Notes under the pieces: generated by a model | Seen by the model: the letters and a program-made list of their open reading frames with translations, nothing else | The model's database searches: none | What the model was told of the DNA's origin: nothing | Shown here: piece by piece, positions 9,994 to 23,584 of the stretch | How positions within the stretch are numbered: the stretch's first letter is position 1 | Layout of the letters: each line of letters opens with the position of its first letter | Program-made: the position numbers and the translations under genes | Assembly: GCF_018977255.1 (NCBI RefSeq) | Contig: NW_024704742.1 | Location: forward strand, 124,932,001-124,996,000 | Length of the DNA stretch: 64,000 nucleotides | Direction of reading: 5' to 3' | DNA from: Callorhinchus milii | Taxonomy: Eukaryota

Positions 9994-10317
9994 ATAATAA
10001 TAATAATAATAATCCTTGCATTTGATATAGCGCTTTTCACGTCGGGAGGACGTCCCAAAGCGATTCACAGAACACACTGTAAAGTGAATTGACTGTATAT
10101 TTGTGGGCGAACGCGGCAGCCAATTGCGCACAGCAATGTCCCACAAACAGTCGTAGATTGAAAATGACCAATTTATTATTGTTTTGTTTTTTTGGAGGGA
10201 TTATTATTAGGCGTGTGGAGTAAGGAAACTTGCCCAAGGTTTCGCCCTGCCTGGAATTGAACTCAGGTCTCTCGCTTGCAAAGCGAGTGCTCTAACCACT
10301 GAGCTACAGGACTCCAC
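9994..10317 (-). mobile_element. tRNA-Ala SINE, short subfamily, full length
   Basis: Complete head, body and tail; near-identical to the 7095 and 19636 copies. Confidence 0.93.
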
Positions 10318-10364
10318 AGGATCTCCCTCTGTGCAAACTTTTTAAGATTCTAATGGTCATGTAA

Positions 10365-10665
10365 ATCCGTCCTGATTCACGTTCCCTCGCCTCCCCCACC
10401 CCACCATTGGTGGGCGGGTCTTCTACCATTCTGTCCCCATCCTCTGGAACTCCATCCCGCAAACCCTCCGCCTCGTCCCCTTGCCTCCTTCAAGACCCAT
10501 CTCAAGATCCTCCTCTTCAGCCGTGCTTTTGATCACCCTCCATCTCCCCCTGCCCTCCAGCCTCTCCAATCCCGACCCCATCTCATGTTGGAAACTCTGA
10601 TTGTCCAGCACCTTGGGACTTCCACTCCCGATGTAAAAGGCGCTATACAAATGTAATTTTGTTGT
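10365..10665 (+). mobile_element. L2 3' fragment (older)
   Basis: CCACCATTGGTGGGCGGGTCTTC...AAAAGGCGCTATACAAATGTAATTTTGTTG. Confidence 0.78.
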
Positions 10666-12409
10666 AAATCAACTGAAGAATTATTATATTAATAACAACT
10701 TGCATTTATATAGCACCTTTATGCGAGATAGCGTCTGGGAGCGCTTATCAATATCAAAGCAAATTACTAGTAACTGCAGTAACTGCATCATTCGATGGGT
10801 AAATCCAGATTTAGTTATGATTTTCCACCTACTTAAGTATCTGTTCTGATGTGTTCAAAGATTCTGGAATGAACATTTTTGAAGTGTAACATTGACATGG
10901 GCATCACTAAGCATTACATAGTAATATCATAATGAAGCTTTAGTAGTTTAATTTAATGCTTTTGCTGAGCATATTCCACAACAACAACTTGCATTTATAT
11001 AGCAACCCTTCACTCCAGGTGGTCTCGGAGCACTTAAAACAATGGGGTCTAAATTGCGCATTGTGTAAACCATGTGTAAACACATGTACAAATGGAATTG
11101 CAGGTCTGGGTAATTGTGTAATTAACAAGCAATAAAAAGGATTACTGGCGATTCCCTCATGAATTTGATGCAATGAAGGAACAAGACATTCACAAGGCCT
11201 GCAGGTTGTTTGGAAAATCAAGAGCTGTGAAGAAAAAAAACTTCTCTTTCCACCAGTGCTCACTCTGTCTGAGCAAAATTGGAAAGAATTCTGTCATTCT
11301 CGGAACACACTTAGTTAGTTTAAAATATCAACAGCAGGGAAACATGCTTTTCATATGAGAACATAGATAAAATAGGATGCAAAGGTCAGCATCCTCACCT
11401 GACTTGATACAGTGCCTTACCACGTTGTTGAGACATCTCAGAGCTGTATATTAAAGACTTTATATTTTGTGGGTGAAATATGGCAGCCAATTTCGCACAG
11501 AAGTGTCCCACAAATAGATATGGATTGCGTGACCAAATTATTATTATTTTGTTTTTGAAGGGATTATTACCCCTGGAAAGTGATCTGCCAATTGAATAAC
11601 AACAATAACAACAACAAAAAATTACATTTGTTTAGCGCCCTTCATATCGGAAACAACCGGGTTTTTACTTACTGCTGGGTAAACAGAGGGGTGTGGAGAA
11701 AGGAATTAGTCATTATCAAAATGTGGTTGGAGATGGGTATCAGACTATAGTTCCTGTACTGAGAACACAGGGTCTGTGTTACTGGTGTACAGTCTGGGAC
11801 AAAACTAGTGAAAAAACAGGGTAGGAAAGAGAACTGCTCAACTACAAACCTGAATAATTTATGTGGAAAATCAAAGGAAAGAAAGAGATGGCCAAGAAAG
11901 ATATCTAACAGAATTCAGTATTTTTCCCATTAGCAATGTCAAGGTACAGACCTATAATTGCCAGGATTTTGCTTCCGAACATCTTAGAAAGTTAAAATCA
12001 CATTTGTTATCTTCAAGCCTTCTGCTGGCAATAAAATAAAAACGAGTATAAAATGGATAATGACAAAGAAGCATTTTATCTGAATCTGATTGTCTTGTCT
12101 CTGGTGTCTAATCCTTCAGTCATAATTGTCTTTATCTCCATGAAATACATTTATTATAGAGCTGAGCCTTCTCTGTAACTCAAAACTGACCATTTGAGCC
12201 ATTTACACTTTATAATATATCCTGTCAAGTGCTTTGAGAAGTCTTGATGAAGTGACAAAGCGCTATCATAAACGCAAGGATTTGGGATATGCAATCGTTT
12301 CTTCAGCATAACAGTACCAAAATGTAAATAAATAAAAAAAATTGTGCAGATAAATGAAATTAGCAACACTAACAATTTGGAATAGTTCAAGAGACTACTT
12401 TTTTTGACA

Positions 12410-12730
12410 TAGAATTACATAGAATGATACGGAACAAAAAAATTCCATTTGGCCCAAATAGTCCAGCCCAATGTTTACACTCAATACAAGCCTTCAATCC
12501 TAATCCCCTCACCTATACACCTCTATTCCCTTCTCCCTCATACAAGCAGCAAGACTCCTCTTAGATCCGCTTTTTGCTTTAACCACTGCTTCCAGCATTG
12601 AGTCCACATTCTCACCACTCTCTATGTGAAGAAGTTCCTCCTAAACACTCTTTTAGATTTTCTATTGTTTATCTTATATTGATGTCCCCTTATTTGGGAT
12701 TCCCCAGCAAGTGGGAACTGTCTATTAATG
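12410..12730 (-). mobile_element. CR1 3'UTR relic
   Basis: CATAGAATTACATAGAAT tail, CCACATTCTCACCACTCTCTATGTGAAGAAGTTCCTCC; similar relics at ~2455-2720 and ~17970-18400. Confidence 0.65.
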
Positions 12731-13505
12731 TCCAGCAGATAATATTGAATGATCAGTGAAGAGACACAAAGGGCGGACAGTAACCTGTTCTGCTATAATT
12801 TTACATTTTATATCAATCGGGGGGAACAATGGGGTAAGAATAAATCAAAAATAAAATTTATGAGCAACAGTAAAGTCCAATGGAAACAAAAACAGTGGCA
12901 CAATCTGGATAGATGCCATCATATCTAAGCAGTATCCTAAATGATTAAGATAGAGGTTTGAGTAAGCTTTGTAAGAACTATTTCTGTTTGAAATGAGTTA
13001 GACAGATGGAAAATGAGAAAGATCATAACATTTACCAACATACTGTAAATAATACTGAAACAAGAAAATAGGGATGAAAGGAGTAAAAGGATTAACAAAG
13101 ATTAGAAGAATGTTACATTAAGGATTAGAATAATGAATGGATATGAAAAACAAACTCCCAGCAAACAAAAATTAGGTGAGGATTAATTCCCTCAAAAGAA
13201 GAATTGGATGAACATCTGGTTGGGATTGGGATTGAATTCAAAGGGATACGTACCGGCAGAGAACATTAAATTCTTCAATAGATACAACATTTGCTGTGCT
13301 GCTGCAATGTGACCACGAAAATAACATGTTAGAAAACAACTGTCATTATTTGAATAAGGGAAGTGTGGGTTAGAGAAAATAGGTGTTAATAAACAACAAT
13401 AATTGTTACATTCGCAAAAACGCCTTTGAGGCTAGGAGGGTGTCTCAAAGTGTTTCACAGGATTTACTGTAAAGTGTAGCGATTCTGTATTTGTAGGTGA
13501 ATGTG

Positions 13506-13815
13506 TGAAGTCCTGTAGCTCAGTGGTTAGAGCACTCGCCTCTCAAGCAAAAGATTCCCGGCAGGGCGAAGCCTTGGGCAAGTTTCCTTACTCCACATGC
13601 CTAATAATAATCCCTCAAGAAAAAAAGCAATAATAAATTGGTCACTTCAATCCAAGACTTTGTTTTTGGGACACAGCTGTGCGCAATTGGCTGCCGTGTT
13701 TCGCCCATTAATATACAGTCAATTCATTTTACAGTCTATTCTGTGAAGCGCTTTGACACGTCTAGAAGATGTGAAAAGTGCTATATCAAATGCAAGGATT
13801 ATTATTATTATTATT
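13506..13815 (+). mobile_element. tRNA-Ala SINE nested in an older minus-strand Deu-type SINE
   Basis: Full SINE with putative TSD AATGTG (13500-13505) / AACGTG (13816-13821); host spans ~13395-14150. Confidence 0.88.
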
Positions 13816-13987
13816 AACGTGGCAGCCAATTTGCACACAGCAATGTCCCAAAAACAAGCACAAAGCAATAAGTCAATTTTATCTGGGGGATTGTAGACCA
13901 GGATACCATAAGAAATTCCTATCTCTTTATGATTGTGACCTGGGTCCATCTGAACTGACAGACAGACTCTGGTTTATATATATATAT

Positions 13988-14277
13988 ATAATAACAATAA
14001 CCCTTGCATTTGATACAGCGCTTTTCACATCTTCTATACATCTCAAAGCGCTTCACAGAATAGACTGTAAAGTGAATTTAGATTTAATAAAGTTTATTGT
14101 CTCATCTGAAGGAAGAAACCTCTCACAATGCAGCATATCCCCATTACGCTCATTATGTTTCGCCCACAAAATATACAGCCAATTCACTTTATAGTATATT
14201 CTGTGAAGCGCTTTGAGATGTCTCGAAGACATGATAAGGCACTATATCAAATGCAACGATTATTATTATTATTATTA
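13988..14277. mobile_element. two oppositely oriented SINE 3' fragments
   Basis: Minus-strand tail 13988-14078 and plus-strand 3' half 14155-14277. Confidence 0.78.
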
Positions 14278-14304
14278 CAGCGGAATGTCAGCTTAGGCTA
14301 TGAA

Positions 14305-14600
14305 TTCAAAGGAGTAGGCCATTCAGCCCTTTGAGCCTGTCCCTCCCTTCAATTAGATCATGGCTGATCAGTACCTCAACTCCAATTTCCCACTTTTTCC
14401 CCATATCCCTTGATACCCTTACCTAACAAAAATTTATCCACCTCAGTCTTGAAAATTTGAACGGATCCAGCATCCACAGCATTTTGGGGGAGAGACTTCC
14501 AGATTTCCACAGTCAATTGCATGAAAAAATACTTTCTGATTTCACTCCTCAATGGCCTAGCTCTAATTTTAAAATTTGCCCCCATGATCTGGATTTCCCC
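14305..14600 (-). mobile_element. CR1 3' fragment
   Basis: FKIRARPLRSEIRKYFFMQLTVEIWKSLPQNAVDA...FKTEVDKFL; aligns to 2885-3150. Confidence 0.85.
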
Positions 14601-16240
14601 ACCTTTTTCCCCAGTTTCTTTGTTCTGTCTATTTCTCCATTTTCTGTAGTTCAAATGCAAATTGGGATAAATTTAAATAATAATAAATGTCCTTCCATTT
14701 GACATAGCACATACCACTGTCAAAACATTTAAAAGCTCTTTATGGGGAAGTGTGGTCAAATGCAGTGATATTGTATTTGTAAGCAAATATTGTAGCTATT
14801 TCACAAACATTAAGCGAATGATTAGTTTAACTGGAGAATTGTTGGCTGTGAGGATCTCACATCTCTTTTTGAACAGTGTCATGGGCTCTTTGTCATTTGC
14901 TGGAACATGCAAAATGGGTTTCACTTTAACATCTCATCTGAAGGATGACACCTCCAACAATGCTGCATTCCTCCAGTACCTCACTGAAATACCAGCCTAG
15001 GATGTAAGGTTAAATCCATAAAGGGGCAGGAAGGGTGGGGTCGGGTGGGAAGAGAAGCAGATGCTGGAAAGATGATTTTAAAGAGATTATTCGGATGCAT
15101 TCATAGTAAACAAAGAATTAAAGAACAAATGGGGTTTGTTCAACATGACAGATGAGATAAAGTGGGAAGATAAAGACATAGCTGCGGTTTTAGTGTTTTG
15201 TGTTGATATATACAGTATTATATACAAGAAGGTGTGCAAAATTGTAATAGGTTCAAGTTCTTAAACAGATAAAATATATTATATATATAGTTGCAGAAAC
15301 AGTGTTTCAAAGCTACTCTCAAGGGATGTGGTACTTTAATAAAAAGGGGAAATATTCACGTCTCATTCTAGAGTTTTACTCTTCTTTGTATCATTTTTGC
15401 TGCACTTATTCTGCAAAGTAATCTGAGAAAAATAGTAGGCCATCTTAGACTCCTGGAACTTCTCCTAACCGTTCAGTATTATTTTGTTCTTCACAGTATT
15501 ATATTTGGTGATAGAAGAATATCATTTCTCAGCATAAAGAACAGCTCAATATTTTACAAAATTCTAGAAAAATGCTGCAATTTTCCCGTGATTTTGATTT
15601 GCCCTCTAAAATGATGGTCTTCATAATCTTCAAAGGTAAAGTAGTAAGAGTAATGCAATATAGATGGGAATAAAACATCCAATGAACAATTTCCAACCAG
15701 AAGCCTGCGATTTCCCCAAGTGTGATTTCATTCGTAAACCCAGTGATACACACCAATTTCAGTGGTGCAGAACATTAGAGTAATGAGGTGCATATCGTAT
15801 TTCTCATGTTTTTATCTTGTATCAAAATATGTCAAATTATTATCTATCAATTTAATCTTAATGTCAAATTTCCGCCTGGACGTGCTCTTAGATCAGTGCT
15901 TTTGATCCGCTCCAATCACCGAAATACTTTCAGATGGTCTTTTATTTGTGGCAACTTTGTTTGTAATAAAGTCCCCTTGCAGTTCGTATCGGTGAAATGT
16001 ATTTTATTGGAATTATATGTAATTTTTCCTCAGTCTCAGCACTTTCTTCTATTTTAAGGTCCTGAGTGACCCATTTCCAGCCACTGTGTCTCTTTTATGC
16101 TTCCGAGCTTGAGACCAGGATTTGTGAATATATACTTGAAATTGAGGTGGTGGAAGTGGAACAAGAATCTGATGCTGAAAAATTCTTCCTGTTGCAAAGT
16201 GTTGCAATGAGAGCAGAATAGAAATAGTAGAAATAATATA

Positions 16241-16603
16241 TAATAACCCTTGCATTTGATATAGCACCTTATCACGTCTTCGAGGCGTCTCAAAGCGTTT
16301 CACAGAACATATTGTAAAGTGAATTGTCTGCTGTACTTTGTGGGTGAAACGCAACAGCCAATTGCACACAGCAGTTTCCCACCCAACAGTCACGGATTGA
16401 GTGAGCAAATTTTTTTTAAGGTATTGTTATCCCCGGAAAAGTGATCTGCCAATCGACTAACAACTGCATTTCTGCTTACTGCTAGGTAAACAGAGGCTTG
16501 TGGAGTATGGAAAGCTGCCTAACGTTTCGCCCTGCCTGGGAATCTAACGCAGGTTCTCTCTCTCGCGAGGTGAGCCCTCTAGCCACTGAGCTACAGGACT
16601 CCA
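16241..16603 (-). mobile_element. tRNA-Ala SINE, long subfamily
   Basis: Has the extra CTCTGTTTACCTAGCAGTAAG...GTTAGTCGATTGGCAGATC segment. Confidence 0.85.
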
Positions 16604-19009
16604 TGAGCACCACCAGTAAATAGCCAACTGAGTATCTAAAAAAGAATTGGGCAAGCACATTGTAGAGGATGGATAATTCAGGGTATGTGGAAAGAGGCGA
16701 GTACTGGGATTAGGATGGATGGTTTCTTGGAAAAACAAATACCAACATGAAATCATGAGCTGGATATACTTCCACTGTGTCATATAGTTCTATGGTTCTG
16801 TAGGATTATAAATCACAAGTTTAAGGAAAAAGTTTACTTCTCTCACAAAGAAATATTTTTTATAAGTAGTCTCCCATCTAAAGGAAAAACAATTTACATG
16901 TATTTAATGCCTTTCACTTAGAGAGGCCGTCGCAAAGCACTTCATATTGTTGAAATTGGGGTGGGGTTTGGGGGAAGGAAGATGACCAAAGTGCAGTTAA
17001 AAGGAGGACTATTTAGGTGGGCTTTTATGGTGGGTAGGGAGGGATCAAGATGGAGCAACTCTGGGATGGAGTTGCAGAAAGGAGACAGAATGGCTGAAAT
17101 CTCATGCACTGATGGTGGGAGGACAAGAAACGGGGAGTTTCTCCCAGTGTCCTGGCCAACAATCTCCCAAATAAAACTGGACCTTCAATCCATGGCTGTT
17201 TGTGGGATATTGCCATGTGCAAATTGGCTGCCTCGTTTGCTCACAAAATACACAGAGTCACTACACTTTGAGACATCTTGACAAAGAGTTAAGGTTCCTT
17301 ATGAAGTGCGAGGAGTATTATTATTATATAGAAAGGAGGTCCACCAGACATGAAAGGTGCTATACAAATGTAATTTGCTGTGGTTGTGTAAGGAAAAACT
17401 TCCCGATGTCTGCACTAAAATTGTCCTTGAGGTCCCTGGACCTTGTGACTGTGTCCTGTAGCCTTAGCACATATGAAAGTAGTGTTCTGCATTTGTTTTT
17501 CTTATCCCATTTAGTATCTTAAATTTATCTTTTCGGAACCCCTCTAAGATGTCTCTTTTCAAAACTGAAGATCCCTAGCTAATCTGGTCATTTCTCATAG
17601 CTCACGCTTTTAATACTTAGGATCAGTGCTCAGTACTCTCATTACTCTCTTGTGTCCAGTCTTTGTGTTTCTAAATCTTGTACTGCAAATGTTTCAATTA
17701 GTTTGACCAACACTGAGAGCAGCACAAACTGAACCATACAACAATCACTTGTGTTTATGTAGCGCCCTTCACGCAGAGCAGCCTCTCGGAGTGCTGCCCC
17801 ACGTGTCAACCATAACAACACAACAAATTATACTTGTATAGCGCCCTTCACGTCGGAAAGATGTCCCAGAGCACTGGACAATCAGGGGTTTGGGACTTGA
17901 GATTGACCCATAGTCTATCTTCATTGAAGCGTGAAAAGTGCAGCAGTCCTAAAGGTTACATAGCTTACCTAGAGTGATACAGCACAGGAACAGGTAATGC
18001 GGTCAACTAGAGCTATCCAATTCAATCCTACTCCCTCGCAATCTCCCCAAAGCCCTGCAAACTTGTCCTCCCCAAAAACGTATCTACTTATCTCTTAAAA
18101 GCTGTTATTGAATCGGCTTCCATCACCCTTTCAGGCAATGCGTTCCAGATCCGAACAACTCGCAGTGTAAAAAAAATTCTCCTCACCTCCCATCCCATTA
18201 TACTCCACGAGTCCCATCCCTCCTATTCCCCTCACCTATACCCCTTGATTCCCCTCTCTCTTGTATGCATCAAGTATTTCTTAAATATATTCAGGCTATT
18301 TCCTTCAAACACAGCTTCCTGCAGTGAGCTCCACATACTCCATAGCTCTACATTAAGAAGTTCCTCCTAAATTCCCCATTTGATCTACTATTATCTCTAA
18401 GGAATAATTATTGTTTCGTTGCAAGGTTATGTTTCTTTTAACTGGGAATGAATAAAAGCTCATGTTGAATACTCTTACCCATCTGCTAATGGCATGTTGC
18501 CTGTCTTGAGAAGAATTAATGTCACAACAGAACAAGCAAGTAACCTACTATTCAACAGAGTTAACAATGACAGGACGTATTTTTATGAAAATATATATTT
18601 TTAAAATGCTGCATTTTTTCAATCTAATTCTTGTTTGAGGTCATGTTTGATGTTGTTAAAACGGTTTGCAAAGATGATATTTGTTCCCACCCCATTGAAG
18701 GCATGAAATAGAAGAATCTGTTTAAGTTTGAATCTCAGTACTTTTTGTTTTAAAATAATAGGTGCCTAAGCCAATAACTTGACAACAGCATGTCAATTAA
18801 TAATGAAGATTTCCAGACAAACTAAACTAGTTGGGCGGAGGTGAGGGTGAGCACTAAAGAGCAATATGAATCAACCTGCAAGACAAAGCAAGTGGAGCCT
18901 CCCCATTCATCTCAGTAAGGATTGGATGAGTTATGCCTCTGTCTTGGTCTGCTAGCATATTACACACAAGTGCGATTTTGTGTGAAGAGACTGAACGCTT
19001 CAGCTGAGG

Positions 19010-19428
19010 TACAGTTCACGTTCCTAATCCTCCTCACCTTCAAAGACCTCCATGGCCTTGTTCCCCCTACCTCTGTGACCTCCCAAACCCTACCATCCTG
19101 CCCGCTCCCTCCACTAAGCGGGCTCTGGCCTGCTTCCCATCCCCGCCTCGCCCAGCCCACCATTGTCGGAGGGGCCTTCTGCCGCTCTGACCCACCCTCT
19201 AGAACTCCATCCCACAGTCCCTCTGCCTCGCCCCCTTACTTGCCTCCTTCAAGACTCATTTCAAGACCCTCCTCTTCAACCGTGGTTCTGATCACCCTGC
19301 TTCCCCCCCTGCCCTCCACCCTCCCCAATCCCAAACCCCAGCTCGGGTCCGAAACACTGACTGTCCAGCGCCTTGGGATGTCCTCCAGACTGAAGTATGC
19401 TATACAAATGTAATATTGTTGTTGTTGT
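19010..19428 (+). mobile_element. L2 3' fragment (diverged)
   Basis: FLILLTFKDLHGLVP, IVGGAF, stem-loop and (TTG)n tail. Confidence 0.8.
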
Positions 19429-19541
19429 AATCATCAGACAGTATTTCATCAAGTCACTCACTGCATGTCTTCAGCTTCATCTTTACTGAGAATGTGAACA
19501 GAAAAAAGGCTGGAAAAGGAGGAATAGTAGGGATGTTTTTT

Positions 19542-20679
19542 TTTGTTGCCTCTAACAGTTTCTCCTCCAGCCCCCACACTGTCACATCTGGCGTCCCCCA
19601 GGGCTCTGTCGTTGGCCCTCTCCTCTTTAATATCTTGTGGAGTCCTGTAGCTCAGTGGTTAGAGCACTCACTTTGCAAGCGAGAGACCTGAGTTCAATTC
19701 TAGGCAGGGCGAAACCTTGGGCAAGTTTCCTTACTCCACACGCCTAATAATAATTCCTCCAAAACCAAAAACAATAATAAATTGGTAATTTTCAATCTAC
19801 GACCGTGTGTGGGACATTGTTGTGCGCAATTGGCTGCCGCGTTCACCCACAAATATACAGTCAATTCACTTTACAGTGTTCTGTGAAGCGCTTTGGGACG
19901 TCCTCCCGACGTGAAAAGCGCTATATCAAATGCAAGGATTATTATTATTATTATTATTACATGCTCCCCCTTGGTGACATCATCTGCAGACATGGGGTCA
20001 ATTTCCACATGTATGCGGATGACACCCAACTCTATCTTTCTGCCTCCACCCTCAACTCCAGGACCACTGCTGTCCTGACAGACTGCCTGTCGGACATCAA
20101 GTCCTGGATGAGGGCAAATTTCCTACAGTTGAATGTGAACTAGACTGAGGCCCTCCTGATTGGCTCGTGCCAGTGCCTCAACACCTCAGGCTCTGGCAGC
20201 ATCAATCTCCATGGTTGCACACTTTAGCTCACCAAGCCGGTCAGGAACCTAAGTGTCTTGTTCCATCCTCAACTGTTTTTTCATCCCCACATCCAAGTCA
20301 TGACCCGCTCTGCCTTCCCTCACCTCCGCAACATCGCCCGACTCTGCCACTACCTCACCCCTCAGGCCGCTGAAACTCTTGTTCATGCCTTCATCACATT
20401 GAGGCTCAACTATGCAAATGCCCTGCTTGTCGGCCTTCCCAGTCACTCTGCCCCTAACCTCTGGAATTCCATCCCCCAGTCACTCTGCCTCGCCTCTCCT
20501 TAGCCTCCTTCAAGTCCCGCCGCAAAACCCTCCTCTTCGACCATGCCATTGGCCAACCCGTTCTCCTCCCCTCCCTGACCCCAGCTCAGGTCTGAAATGC
20601 TGTACATTGTCCAGCGCCTTGGGACGTCCTCCCGATGTGAAAGGCGCTATGCAAATGTAATCTTGTTGTTGTTGTTGTT
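19542..20679 (+). mobile_element. L2 LINE RT fragment interrupted by a SINE
   Basis: [25 protein letters not shown]...YADDTQLY; (TTG)n tail; collinear with 4892-6253. Confidence 0.93.
19636..19958 (+). mobile_element. tRNA-Ala SINE, short subfamily, nested in L2
   Basis: Full SINE splitting the L2 sequence AATATCT|ACATGC. Confidence 0.93.
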
Positions 20680-20715
20680 AATGGGTTCACTCAGCAAAAA
20701 AGGACTAGATGGGGC

Positions 20716-20854
20716 AAAACTCAAAATACTGCAGATGCTGGAAATCTGAAACAAAAAAGTCGCTGGGAATACTCAGCAGGTCAGGCAGCATCTATGGAGA
20801 AATGAAAGTGAGTCAACGTTTCGGGTCCACCACCCTTCAACAGAACTGATGAAG
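20716..20854. mobile_element. PLE-like palindromic element, third copy
   Basis: Matches 4293-4425, then CTGATGAAG; putative TSD GA(C/T)TAGATGGG at 20703-20713 and 20861-20871. Confidence 0.7.
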
Positions 20855-20989
20855 ACTGAAGATTAGATGGGCTTGGCTAAAAAACAATGGTGTAGTTCTG
20901 TGTGTGTGTGTGTGTGTCTGCGTGTGTGTACGTGCACACAAGTCTGGGTTTGTACATGTACTAATCTGTTTTTTTATAAATTATTTAAT

Positions 20990-21353
20990 ATAGTAATCTT
21001 TGCATTTGATATGTCATCGAGACGTCTCAAAGCGCTTCACAGAATACACTTTAAAGTAAATTGACTGTATATTTTGTGGGCAAAACACAGCAGTCAATTG
21101 CACAGAGCAGTGTCCCACAAACAGTCATAGATTGATTGACCAAAAATAATTTTTATTTTTTATTTTACATTTTTTTTAAGGAATTATTACCCCCGGAAAA
21201 GCGATCCGACAACCAGGTTCGTACTCACTGCTAGGCAAACAGTGACATGTGGAGTAAGGAAACTTGACCAACGCTTTGCCCTGCCCGGGAATCGGAATCA
21301 GGTTCTCTCGCTCGTGAGGCGAGTGCTCTAACCACTAAGCTACACGACTCCAC
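20990..21353 (-). mobile_element. tRNA-Ala SINE, long subfamily
   Basis: Head, long internal segment and tail on the minus strand. Confidence 0.85.
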
Positions 21354-23584
21354 TTTAAGATAACTAGGTACATTTCCATTTTTAAAACTTCCATTTTGAC
21401 AAATATTTACACTGTAAATGGTCGCTAGAAAACGTGATGTTTTGAGTCGTGCTTCAGAGGCAGGAGAAGAATCCACATTGGACCACAATACGTGTTGGTG
21501 TTTACCTGAACGGTGTGATGTTTTCATTGCTGGGGAGGCTGAGCAGAAATTATTATTATTTCTGGTCTCTCATCCCCCTGGGTGGCAGATAAATCCAAGG
21601 ATTATTATTATTATTACAGCTACCATTCACTCCATCAAGGTGTGAACTATGAACTGGATATTGTAAGAATTCCATTTTGAATTCAAGCTTTAAAGCCCAT
21701 CTTAAAACCTTTCGTTTCAACTGAGTTTTTTCCTCACCTTCATCAATCTTAGCTGCCCCCCAGCTCAGTTTCCCAGTCAGCTGTGTCAAGTACTTTGAGA
21801 TGTTCTTCCGACGTGAAAGATGCTGCATAAATATAAATTGTTGTACGAACACGTTGTGAAAATTCAGCATTTTTAAAAGATGGTCAAAACTGAAAATTTT
21901 TAATATTTGTCAGACTTCATAACAATTCAATATGATAATTATATGAGAATTATTACACTGAATCTCCTCTGAAACAGCAAGGGACTGCAGTTGCTATTTA
22001 TTGACAGGAATAAAAACTGAAAAACAAAAAGACACAACTTTCCTTCCCCATCTAGAATTTTGGCGCTCAGGTGAGACATTAAACTAAGGTTCCATCTGCC
22101 TGTTCAGGTGGAAGATCCCATGTCACTATTATAAAGAGAAGAGATTTTCTCCACGTGTCCTGGCCAACAATCCCCGAGATAAAATTGATCATTCACTTGA
22201 TGGTTATTTGTAGGCCATTGCACATTTCACAGTAAAATCCTGGGAAGCACTTTAAGATGTCTCAACATGGTGATAAAGCACTCTAGCAAATGCAAGAATT
22301 ATTATTATTATATCTTGTCAAATCTTTTTCTTCAAATGCCCCACCCTTTCACTATATTGCTTGAATGTTTGCCCAAAAAGCACACACTTTACACACATAT
22401 CCTGTGAAGCACTTTGGGACATCCTCTCGACATGAACCAAATGCAAGGATTATTATTAAGAGAATATCTTTGATTTAGGGAATCATTTTGATGAACCCCT
22501 TTAATCTCTTGCCATTTTCCAGAATGCACCGGCACTATGCAGGCAGCTTTGATTAGGAAAGAATAAATACCGTCATCGCATACTAGAAATGTTTCATTTG
22601 GAATGCTTTAAAACTGTCCTATAAAAACAGGGATACAAATCAACCGTTTTCAGCATGACTGGGTAAGCATTATTTTCACTCCATGAGATTAGGTCTGATC
22701 TTATTAGGTGTTGATTGATCACTTCAGTATTCACAGAAAGGACTATGTAGTGGAGTTCAGCAATTTGTTCGAAGACATAGTCTCCTTTTGCTTCTGTTAT
22801 TGAGAAAGGGAAATACTGTGAATAGGAACCTGGCTACCTTTGTATCTTCAAATGCAGGCAATTTACTGTAGTTCAAATGAAGGGCATCAGATAAGACAAG
22901 CCTAGAAGCCGAGAGCTTCACATTTATGTACCCAGTGCTTTGAAAATATGAAAATGTAAGAAGAATTGTTTATCCCAAAACTTTTGTTGCAATCCACAAT
23001 CCTCGGGGGTGGGGGGTAACATATAAAATCTAAAATCTGAACCTTGAGGTAATAACATTCTTTTCTGGCTCATCTCTCTTGCTATAATTTAAAAAATAAC
23101 AAGAGTATCAAAATTATTTCTGGTTTCAGTTCAAATATTTAAGAATGAGAGTGTGAGAGAGTGAGAAAGAATGACATAGAGGATTCTCGTCCCTACTTTC
23201 AAATAACTACTTATTTCTCACCCCATCCTACCTCTGCAATCTCCTGAGACCCTTCCAGTTGTGCCTGAGTATCCTCCACTCAGCAAATTAAAGTTACTGT
23301 AATAAAAACTGGAGTATAGATAGCACTTTTAAATTGTAAATTTAAAATGTAAATTTTAATTTGTGTTTCAAGTATTTATTTAGTTTATTACAACAGTTAA
23401 GAAAATAACGTTTGAGTAGCATTAGAATTGTAATACTGGTGCTTGTTTTAGCATTGAACCTGTCCTCCTGGTTATGGGCTAAACAACCCACCCCAAATAA
23501 TAGTAATCATAATCCTTTCATTTGATTTAGCACCTTATTTTCGATGCACACTATTTTCAAATTGATATTATAGATTAATAACAA

